64,000 nt of DNA from an uncultured Pseudomonadota bacterium (GTDB taxonomy: Bacteria > Pseudomonadota > Gammaproteobacteria > Steroidobacterales > Steroidobacteraceae), in contig CAIMCI010000366.1 in the NCBI GenBank assembly GCA_903839465.1, positions 15,514 through 79,513 on the forward strand, given 5' to 3'. The notes beneath the pieces are model-generated. The model was not told where the DNA came from and made no database searches. It saw only the letters and a program-made list of their open reading frames with translations. Of this stretch, positions 51,223 to 58,130 are shown piece after piece. Position 1 is the first letter of the stretch. Each line of letters starts with the position of its first letter. The position numbers were made by a program, and so were the translations under genes.

Positions 51223-51921
51223 CTAGACGGTCGTCTGCTCGGCAGCGAGCTCGTCCGGCAGGTTCTTCTCGGCCGCTACTAGGAGCTTGACCCGGCAGCG
51301 GGTGCCGGCGTCGGTGGCGTGGTTGAAGAGCACGTAGGCGTGTGCCAGGTCGAGGCACGCCTTGGTCGTCGCCGGCAAGGAGGTGGTGGCCGCCTCGTCG
51401 ATGACGGTCTTGTCGCCCAACGTGGTGCCGGCGAGGATCTCGGCCTCCTCGAGCAGGAGCACGCCCCGCGCGGTGAGCTCGGTGGGAATCGTCACGATGC
51501 CGCTCGCAATCGGCAGGACCAGCTCATACACGTCACCACGGATTGGTTGGTAGAGGATGTCCATGTCGGTGACCGCGTCGGTGGTGAGGAAGCGGATGTC
51601 ACCCGCCTTGGTCACCCAATACGTGGTCGTGGCCGGCGTGTCGTTCGTGTCGGCCGTATACGAGACGCCGAACTTCCCGGTTGCGCCGGCGCGCACGAAG
51701 TTGTGAATCACCGAGACCGCCTTGGCGTTGTCGGGCAGCACCAAGTCAAGGTAGCTGGCGAGCTTGATCGTGCCACCAGTGACGATGTCCTGCTTGATCA
51801 GCTGCTGCGGCATGACGGCGCCGAGCAACGCGCCGAGCTCCAGGTTCCGGAGCTGATCGGCGAGCGTGTTGGGGTTGGCCCGGTTCAGGGCGCTGCGCTT
51901 GGTGGTGTCTACGGTGTCCAT
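51223..51921 (-). CDS. Hypothetical head-module protein
   Basis: 232-aa ORF; no motif recognised. Confidence 0.55.
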   Translation of the reverse strand: MDTVDTTKRSALNRANPNTLADQLRNLELGALLGAVMPQQLIKQDIVTGGTIKLASYLDLVLPDNAKAVSVIHNFVRAGATGKFGVSYTADTNDTPATTTYWVTKAGDIRFLTTDAVTDMDILYQPIRGDVYELVLPIASGIVTIPTELTARGVLLLEEAEILAGTTLGDKTVIDEAATTSLPATTKACLDLAHAYVLFNHATDAGTRCRVKLLVAAEKNLPDELAAEQTTV

Positions 51922-51980
51922 GATCGACCTCCTTTATGGCTCCCCCGCCGAGGGGTCGTGACCCCGGCGGGAGGAAACTT

Positions 51981-52400
51981 TCACTGAGGCCCGCTCACCC
52001 AGTACTCGAGCTTGCTCGACCCCTCGGCCTCGAGAAGGACGAGCTCCGCTCCTGACGCGAACTCCATGACGAACAAGCCCTGTACCACGACCACGGGGAC
52101 GATCGGAGTGGTCGTGTAGTCGCCCTCGTCGCCGTAGGTCAGCCGGAGCGAGAGCTTGCTGTCGCACTTGAAGTAGATGAACGTGCCGCGCGTTACCGTT
52201 TTGCCGGCACCAACGCCGTCGAGCGTGGTGTAGCTCGACGCGCTGCTCAGAGACCGCTCGATAACTCCCGTGCACGCCCCGAAGCTCGTCGGGTTGGTCT
52301 TGAGCGATACCGGGCAGTTGACGCTCGACGCCGGGAACACACCAGCCGACTGCGACGCCGGCCCGGCGCTGAGCTGTCCCTCGAACGAGAGCTGTCCCAT
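51981..52400 (-). CDS. Hypothetical head-module protein
   Basis: 139-aa ORF. Confidence 0.5.
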   Translation of the reverse strand: MGQLSFEGQLSAGPASQSAGVFPASSVNCPVSLKTNPTSFGACTGVIERSLSSASSYTTLDGVGAGKTVTRGTFIYFKCDSKLSLRLTYGDEGDYTTTPIVPVVVVQGLFVMEFASGAELVLLEAEGSSKLEYWVSGPQ

Positions 52401-52406
52401 GGCGGC

Positions 52407-52631
52407 CTAGAGCTTGAAAGGCTTGTAGCCGTTGCCGACGCTACCGGCTCCACCCGGGCGGGTTGCCGGGGCGTCCTGGTGCGGGAGCAGCGGGGAGACC
52501 GAATCCTGCGGATTGATGCGGCTCGCCGGGTTGCCCATCGGCTGCTGGAGCACCGAGCTGTCGTTCAGGTTGTTGCCGTTCTGGGGGCCGGGGAGTTTGC
52601 CGGCACTGCTGTTCTCGAGGGGGTTCGCCAT
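52407..52631 (-). CDS. Small Pro/Gly/Asn-rich protein ending in KPFKL
   Basis: 74-aa ORF, probably disordered. Confidence 0.45.
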   Translation of the reverse strand: MANPLENSSAGKLPGPQNGNNLNDSSVLQQPMGNPASRINPQDSVSPLLPHQDAPATRPGGAGSVGNGYKPFKL

Positions 52632-52646
52632 CGGTGGGTTGCTCCT

Positions 52647-52901
52647 TCAGGGCTTGGTGATTTTGAAGGGTACACCACTCCGAGGCGGTGGAGGCGGGCC
52701 GAACCGCATCGTGGTCGAGCCGGAGGGGGCCGTGCCTTGGCCGACACCCGGGTGCCATGCACCTTCCGGCAGCTTCGCCTGCATGGATTCTGCCGGCTGC
52801 GCGCCAGTCGTGGCGGGGTACTCACGGAACTTGCCGTCGACGCCCCGCGTGATGGGCAACTCGGTGTCGAGCTTGAAAGGTTTGCCGCCTGCCATGCCCA
52901 A
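52647..52901 (-). CDS. Small Pro/Gly-rich protein with N-terminal KPFKL and C-terminal VPFKI
   Basis: 84-aa ORF: MGMAGGKPFKLD...SGVPFKITKP. Confidence 0.45.
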   Translation of the reverse strand: MGMAGGKPFKLDTELPITRGVDGKFREYPATTGAQPAESMQAKLPEGAWHPGVGQGTAPSGSTTMRFGPPPPPRSGVPFKITKP

Positions 52902-52913
52902 AGGGTAGCACCG

Positions 52914-53894
52914 CTAGCGCATCTTGAAGCCGCTCGTGTTCCAGGGGGGCTTCGGCGGGGGGCCGCCCTTGCGCCCCTCCTGACGCCAGCGCTGCGCCAC
53001 GTCAGCCTGGCTCTTCGGCTTCAGGTACGCGGACACCGGCCACTCGACATCCCAGAGCACCACCACCTCGCGGTCGTTTGGGCGATTCGGCGGCGCGAGG
53101 TATTCACCTTCCCACCAGGTGAAAGGCTGGTCCACGCGTCGTACTTGTCCATGCACGGCATAGCTGTCGGAGCCCGTCCTGTCGTCGAACGTGGCGCAGA
53201 GAATTCTCACCATCCCGCCGCCCACCTGCTCGCTGATCTCCTGGTGAGCCTGAAGCGTTGACCTCGCGTGGGCGGCCGCGGTTTCCGTACGAAGTATCCG
53301 CTCAGCCCAGTACGCCGGAGCCTCCTGCAAGAAGGGTGACTGCTGGATGAGCAGGTCGCGTGCCTCGTCCCACGGCATGCTCTGCAATAAGCGCTGCTGG
53401 AGCACGTCCTCGAACTGCCCAACCACGCGCCCCGCGTAGCGCTCCATCACGCCCGGCCTGCCCGGGTGCGCCGGGTCGGCCTGGATGCGGTGCAGCACGC
53501 TCGACTCGGTGCCGACAACGGACCGCTCGAGCACCGTTGCTGCATCCAGAGCGAGCGGCTTGCCCGTGATGCCCTGGAAGTTCTTCTCGGCAGCGCGGAA
53601 TGACTTCAGCGTGCCCTCACCCGCCACCGCGGCAGCCTGCTTGGCCGTGTCGACCACCACCCCCTTCATCTCGGGCAGGAGGGTGCGGAGGACGACGCGC
53701 ACCTGCCGAAGAGAGGCCTCGAGCTGCGCCCTGGTGAAACTCCCCGCCATGCCCGGCGACAATCGCTTGAGCCTTCGCTCGAGCCCGCGCTCGGCCTTCT
53801 CGAGCGAACGGCGGAGCGGGCCGCGGCCTGCCCTGTCGGCGTAGCGCATGGCGAGCGCGTGGTTGGTGCGCACGAGCTCGACCGGGTCGGCCAT
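52914..53894 (-). CDS. Head morphogenesis protein (Mu gpF / SPP1 gp7 family)
   Basis: 326 aa. ERILRTETAAAHARS and CATFDDRTGSDSYAVHGQV fit the Phage_Mu_F pattern. Position is directly after the portal gene. Confidence 0.75.
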   Translation of the reverse strand: MADPVELVRTNHALAMRYADRAGRGPLRRSLEKAERGLERRLKRLSPGMAGSFTRAQLEASLRQVRVVLRTLLPEMKGVVVDTAKQAAAVAGEGTLKSFRAAEKNFQGITGKPLALDAATVLERSVVGTESSVLHRIQADPAHPGRPGVMERYAGRVVGQFEDVLQQRLLQSMPWDEARDLLIQQSPFLQEAPAYWAERILRTETAAAHARSTLQAHQEISEQVGGGMVRILCATFDDRTGSDSYAVHGQVRRVDQPFTWWEGEYLAPPNRPNDREVVVLWDVEWPVSAYLKPKSQADVAQRWRQEGRKGGPPPKPPWNTSGFKMR

Positions 53895-53903
53895 GCCCCG
53901 ATG

Positions 53904-56288
53904 CTACGCGGGCGGCGGTCCCGACGGAACCCCGGGGTTCCGTGGCGGAGCTCCGGGCACTGGAGGTGGTGCGGGTGGTTCCGCCGCCTTGTCCTCCTTA
54001 GCTAGCTCGTGCTTGGCCTGCTCTACCTGCACCTTGGCGCTCGCGTCGTACATGGACGCGTTCTTCGCGTCGAACGCCGACACGGTGAGCCACCCGTCCG
54101 GGTCGAGCTGGCCGTCCATCGTCATCAGCGGCCCTTGGCCAATGATCTCGCGTGCCTCATTGACCCGAAGGATCATCCCGACCGTGGTGGGCGAGAGCTC
54201 CACGCTCTTGGCCTTCACCGTGCCCACCGGGAGCACCGCCACATCAGCGGCGGGCTGCTCCTCGGGCTCGGCTGGCTCTTTGCCCGGGGGCACGGGCGGC
54301 TCGTCTTCGTCCGGCGGTGCCTCGGGGGCCGGCTGTTTTCCGCCTCCCGCTGCGCCTGTAGGCCGCTCAGAATCGTTTTCGGAACCGGCCTGGGGGGTAG
54401 CCCCCTGGTCAAGCTCGACGACCGTGTTCTCGTCCTGCTTGGGCATCCGGCCGCCGCTCGTCCCCCACTGATCCACCTCGAGCCGAGCGGCCCGCTCGGT
54501 CTCGTCCTGCACTCGCTGGTACTCCTCGGTACCGTCCAGGTCCCACTGATTGGCGGCCATCTGCACGGCGGACTGCTGCGACAAGACCGCCTTATTGCCC
54601 GCCGCGGCTGACAGCGTGCCGGTCGTCTTCTGCAGGTCGTCTGCGGTGGGCTTGAAGTACGGCCCCCACTCGAGCCAGATGCGTCCCTGACCGGGTGTCC
54701 TCTCGACCTCGACAGTCTTCGGCTCACCGGCGTCGTCGAGCACCTCCTTGCCGGCGTCGTCGAGCACCGGGTCGATGCGCGGCGGAAGGTCGAACCCGAC
54801 CGTGACTTCCACCTCGAGCTCCTCCTCCGGCTCGACAATCTCTTCCTCGTCAACAGCGCCCTCACCCCGTTGAATCGGGGAAGCCTTGGAGGCCGGCACC
54901 TCGGGCGAATCGAGTGAGACGTCATTGCCTTCGAGCAGCCAACGCGCCTCGTCGATGAGGCCCTGCACCACCCGCTCGATCCCCATCTTGCCGTGCTGGT
55001 AGCGGAGCTTGTCGCAGCGGGCCGTCATCGGCGCGTAGATGATCCGAATGGCCACGCTCGACAAGCCGGCCGCTGCCGCCTTGTCCGGGTCGACCAGGAT
55101 GCAGCTGCACACCTCCAGAATCTGGTCTCGCTTCGCGTCGCAGAGCCCCGTCGCACTGGCAATCATTTGCCCATCGAGCTGGAGGTACTTCGCGTCGCCG
55201 TCCTTGCCGACGAAGAGTGCGTTATCGCTACCCTTCTTGATGACGGCGCCTGGGCCCATCATCTCCGGGTCCATCCGCATCACGAGCGTCGGGTCGAGGT
55301 TGCGAGCCGTGCCGCAGTCGAGCACCGAGTTGATGACGTCCAATGCATTCATCGGCAAGAACGTCTCGCCGAAGTCCGGCAGGCCGTCGTAGGTGTTGTC
55401 GTCCGTGTCGGGCTCGTTCTCGACGAAGACGAAACGGCAGGCGTCGCGGCCGTGCTGGCTCGACTGCTCCTCGTCCACCACCCATTCGGGCTCTTTGCTC
55501 GTAACCTCCAGGTCCTTGTAGATGACGTCTTCGCCGACAAGCCAGTCGCGCCGCCGCCAGTGGGCAACCTTTTCCACCTTGCCGCTGGCCCTCACCACCC
55601 GCTTGTTGATGGTCTTCACCTCGACCACGTGCGCCGGCACTCGGTCGTCCTCGCCCTGCCACTCGATGACGTGGATGTTCTCAGCGAGGTGGCGCTTCAC
55701 GCGCGGCTTGCCGTTCACCCAGGCGTAGGAGTAGCCGACGCTGCCGCGACTTCCCGCCACGTCGCGGGCCATGTTGGCGATGGGCTCCAGGCTCGCAGCC
55801 TGCACGATGGCCTCGGCGAAGTCCTGCGTGTCGTGGTCGTCGCTGCGGAACTGCGGAAACCGACCGTGGCCGAAGAGCAGCTCAGTGAAGCTGATGACGA
55901 TCTTGTGGCCGATGAGGTACGGGCTGCTCGGGCGGCGCTGGTCGAGCGGTACGTAGAATTCCGGCACGTAGCCGCCGATGAGCGGCTGCGTCACGCTGAT
56001 GCCGCCCGGCTGGATCATCCGGCCGTAGAAGTCGAACATCTTCCAGTCGTGCTGCTTGCCCTGGAAGTAGCTGGCCCGGAACTTCAGCGCGCGCACCCGG
56101 TCGCTCGTCACGAGCTCCATCACGTTCACGCTGCTGCCGGAGGCACGCGTCGCCCGGTCCGGGCCGGTAGTGGTGCCAGCCGGGCCGAAGCTCGAGTAAG
56201 CCTGCGTCATCCCGCCCTGCCCTCCGCCCACTGGGAACGGGCCGCGGGATGCCCCGGGGAGCTGGTGGATCGTCGCTTCGCCGGCCAT
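53904..56288 (-). CDS. Portal protein
   Basis: 794 aa with no Walker A. It sits upstream of the Mu-F-like gene and has an acidic/Pro-rich C-terminal extension. Confidence 0.75.
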   Translation of the reverse strand: MAGEATIHQLPGASRGPFPVGGGQGGMTQAYSSFGPAGTTTGPDRATRASGSSVNVMELVTSDRVRALKFRASYFQGKQHDWKMFDFYGRMIQPGGISVTQPLIGGYVPEFYVPLDQRRPSSPYLIGHKIVISFTELLFGHGRFPQFRSDDHDTQDFAEAIVQAASLEPIANMARDVAGSRGSVGYSYAWVNGKPRVKRHLAENIHVIEWQGEDDRVPAHVVEVKTINKRVVRASGKVEKVAHWRRRDWLVGEDVIYKDLEVTSKEPEWVVDEEQSSQHGRDACRFVFVENEPDTDDNTYDGLPDFGETFLPMNALDVINSVLDCGTARNLDPTLVMRMDPEMMGPGAVIKKGSDNALFVGKDGDAKYLQLDGQMIASATGLCDAKRDQILEVCSCILVDPDKAAAAGLSSVAIRIIYAPMTARCDKLRYQHGKMGIERVVQGLIDEARWLLEGNDVSLDSPEVPASKASPIQRGEGAVDEEEIVEPEEELEVEVTVGFDLPPRIDPVLDDAGKEVLDDAGEPKTVEVERTPGQGRIWLEWGPYFKPTADDLQKTTGTLSAAAGNKAVLSQQSAVQMAANQWDLDGTEEYQRVQDETERAARLEVDQWGTSGGRMPKQDENTVVELDQGATPQAGSENDSERPTGAAGGGKQPAPEAPPDEDEPPVPPGKEPAEPEEQPAADVAVLPVGTVKAKSVELSPTTVGMILRVNEAREIIGQGPLMTMDGQLDPDGWLTVSAFDAKNASMYDASAKVQVEQAKHELAKEDKAAEPPAPPPVPGAPPRNPGVPSGPPPA
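53924..53943. promoter_or_regulatory. 20-bp perfect palindrome (copy 6), inside the last codons of the portal gene and 29 nt upstream of ATG 53894
   Basis: Exact copy. It is followed on the minus strand by CGGGACCGCCCGCGTAGCATCGGGGCATG, a degenerate box. Confidence 0.5.
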
Positions 56289-56298
56289 GCGTGTGACT

Positions 56299-56502
56299 TT
56301 ATCCCAGGCCGCGCAGTCGGCTCGCTAAGCTGCCTCTTAGCGGCAAGGCGGGAGCAAGCGGCTCCGGCGTCGGAACGGCCTGCGCGATCAGCTCTTCTCC
56401 CTCCGGGTCTAGCCCGGGGACTGCATCGACCTCGACTACCTCATCATGCTGTCGCCGGTCGAGCCAGTCAGCAGCGTAGCGAAGCAGCGAAGAGATGTTC
56501 AT
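56299..56502 (-). CDS. Possible small protein (67 aa)
   Basis: MNISSLLRYAADWLDRRQHDEVVEVDAVPGLDPEGEELIAQ... It ends 10 nt before the portal ATG. The longer ORF-track version is R-rich. Confidence 0.35.
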   Translation of the reverse strand: MNISSLLRYAADWLDRRQHDEVVEVDAVPGLDPEGEELIAQAVPTPEPLAPALPLRGSLASRLRGLG

Positions 56503-56721
56503 GCGTCCGCGACCCAAACCGCGGCTGCCTTGTACCTGCGCCCTCCCGGCACGATGCCCGGGATGGTCCGCCACTTCGGGGGCAACATGGCCGTGACGAC
56601 CGGCTGAACCTTGGGAATGACGCGCAAGAGTGCGACGCACACAGCGCCGACGGTGAGCCAGATTTGCCAAAGGGTGAGTGAGAGGGTCGTGGTGTCTCCT
56701 ATTCGGGCGAGGCGGGGAGGG

Positions 56722-57738
56722 TTAGGGCGAGCCCCAGTAAGCGGCGGACCACGCGCGATGCGTCGTGATCAATGTACGATCTACAGCGGTTCCGACCGCG
56801 TAGGTCTTCCAGCATATATCGGCTAGATCCATCTTGATCTGATACCCAGCTGCGGCTTCGCCTAGCGCCGTCGTGCCGCCGAAACTCTTGGGTGAATACA
56901 GATTGCCAAGGTTCGTCGCGACGTCGTCGCGGTACATCAAAGCCAAGTTGGATGCGCCGTCGTTGTAGAACTGCCATCCGCAAGCGTGAAGTCCAGTCAC
57001 CTGCGCCGCACAGTCCTTGAAGGCACCGTCGTAGAAGTAACAATGGTGATTTGGGGCATCTGCGAAGATCGCCAGATACCCCGTGGCGAATTCGATCAGA
57101 TGACGATACTGCGCAGCCGGGGTAGTCTGCTGATACATCACGAACGTTGCGCAAACGAGGTGGTACGTTCCAGCTTCCCATCCTGCTCCAGCGGAGATCG
57201 TTGTTGCCGTCGTTGCTCCGTCCCACAAGAGGCACGGCTTGCCGTTGGAAAGGGCTCCGATCAACGGTCGCGCTGCGCCCGCGGCGCTCACCGAATGTCC
57301 TCCCACGGCCGGAAGCCATAAGCCAACGGAATCCCCCGGCGCGCTTACTGGATTGCCGGCGCCGTCTTGAGTACCTTGGTCAGCGCGAAGCCATGTATCC
57401 CATCCGGCGGCGAACATGGCATTTTCCGCCGCACTGGCTCCGCCGGATGTCAGCGCCGCGAGTTGCGCAGCGTTGGTGACGGCAAGCGCGGATGGGTTGT
57501 TAGTCGAAGTGAGCGCCGCTAGTTGCGCAGCGTTGGTGACGGCAAGCGCGGATGGGTTGTTAGTCGAAGTGAGCGCCGCGAGTTGCGCAGCGTTGATGAC
57601 GGCAAGCGCGGATGGGTTGTTAGTCGAAGTGAATGCCGCGAGTTGCGCAGCGTTGACTGCCGACAAGAGCGACGTGCCGCCTTGCGGAATAGGAGGCGGA
57701 CCGCCACAGCCCATTGCCAGAGCGTTGCCCAGAAACAT
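56722..57738 (-). CDS. Fibre-associated protein with a 20-aa tandem-repeat stalk and a lectin/LamG-like C-terminal domain
   Basis: 338 aa from MFLGNALAMGCGG. Repeats read NAAQLAALTSTNNPSALAVT. The beta-rich C-terminal domain is called LamG-like by impression only. Confidence 0.55.
   Translation of the reverse strand: MFLGNALAMGCGGPPPIPQGGTSLLSAVNAAQLAAFTSTNNPSALAVINAAQLAALTSTNNPSALAVTNAAQLAALTSTNNPSALAVTNAAQLAALTSGGASAAENAMFAAGWDTWLRADQGTQDGAGNPVSAPGDSVGLWLPAVGGHSVSAAGAARPLIGALSNGKPCLLWDGATTATTISAGAGWEAGTYHLVCATFVMYQQTTPAAQYRHLIEFATGYLAIFADAPNHHCYFYDGAFKDCAAQVTGLHACGWQFYNDGASNLALMYRDDVATNLGNLYSPKSFGGTTALGEAAAGYQIKMDLADICWKTYAVGTAVDRTLITTHRAWSAAYWGSP
57452..57660. repeat. Tandem repeat, 60-bp unit, about 3.5 copies, in frame
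   Basis: Units align exactly with the 60-nt print lines: agcgccgcgagttgcgcagcgttggtgacggcaagcgcggatgggttgttagtcgaagtg, with 1-3 substitutions per copy. Confidence 0.9.
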
Positions 57739-58118
57739 CACGCCCCCGTCGGTTGCGTGATCGTTCCGCCGATCATGCCGGCTTCGCCCGATGCGACCGT
57801 GGTCGTCTGGCCGGCGGCGCGGGTGATTGATCCGCCGCCACCGTTGACGGTGCACGTTCCGTTTGCGAGCACCGTGCCGGTCGTGACTTGGCGAAGCTGG
57901 CACTTGGCCGCTGTCCCCGCGCTTGCTCCGGAGTATGGCACCGTGGTCAGTGTCAGCACGCCAGCCGACACGGTGCCCGCCGGACTGGCCAGCGTGGCCA
58001 CGTACAAGTCCGCCGGTGCGCTCGTCTGCACCGCCAGCGCGCCGCCGGCAATCTTCGTCAGGAATGAGCCGTCTAGAATGGCCGTTCGTCCTGCATCTGT
58101 GTAAATCCAGTCGCTCAT
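57738..58118 (-). CDS. Hypothetical fibre-module protein
   Basis: 126-aa Gly/Ala/Thr-rich ORF between the tailspike gene and the repeat protein. Confidence 0.5.
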   Translation of the reverse strand: MSDWIYTDAGRTAILDGSFLTKIAGGALAVQTSAPADLYVATLASPAGTVSAGVLTLTTVPYSGASAGTAAKCQLRQVTTGTVLANGTCTVNGGGGSITRAAGQTTTVASGEAGMIGGTITQPTGA

Positions 58119-58130
58119 GGTTCATGCTCC

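Noticed and set aside
54993-56681. 562-aa plus-strand ORF antisense to the portal gene. Similar long antisense or alternate-frame ORFs include 3488..4852, 11067..12149, 12837..13826, 30608..31540, 48581..50041 and 54215..54925.
   Set aside because: Their composition is dominated by R, A, G, P, H and L, they have no motifs, and they fully overlap well-supported genes. Stop-codon-poor alternative frames are expected at about two-thirds GC.
56503-56721. Hydrophobic small reading frame (…LTLWQIWLTVGAVCVALLRVIPKVQPVVTAMLPPKWRT…) upstream of 56502
   Set aside because: The only possible in-frame starts are internal GTG, TTG or ATG codons giving 27-47 aa, and there is no SD. It is too short and ambiguous to call, so it is mentioned only under the portal-upstream gap finding.
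57452-57660. 60-bp repeats as a possible CRISPR array
   Set aside because: The units are directly adjacent with no spacers, are in frame inside a long ORF, and encode a regular peptide repeat. No cas genes are present.
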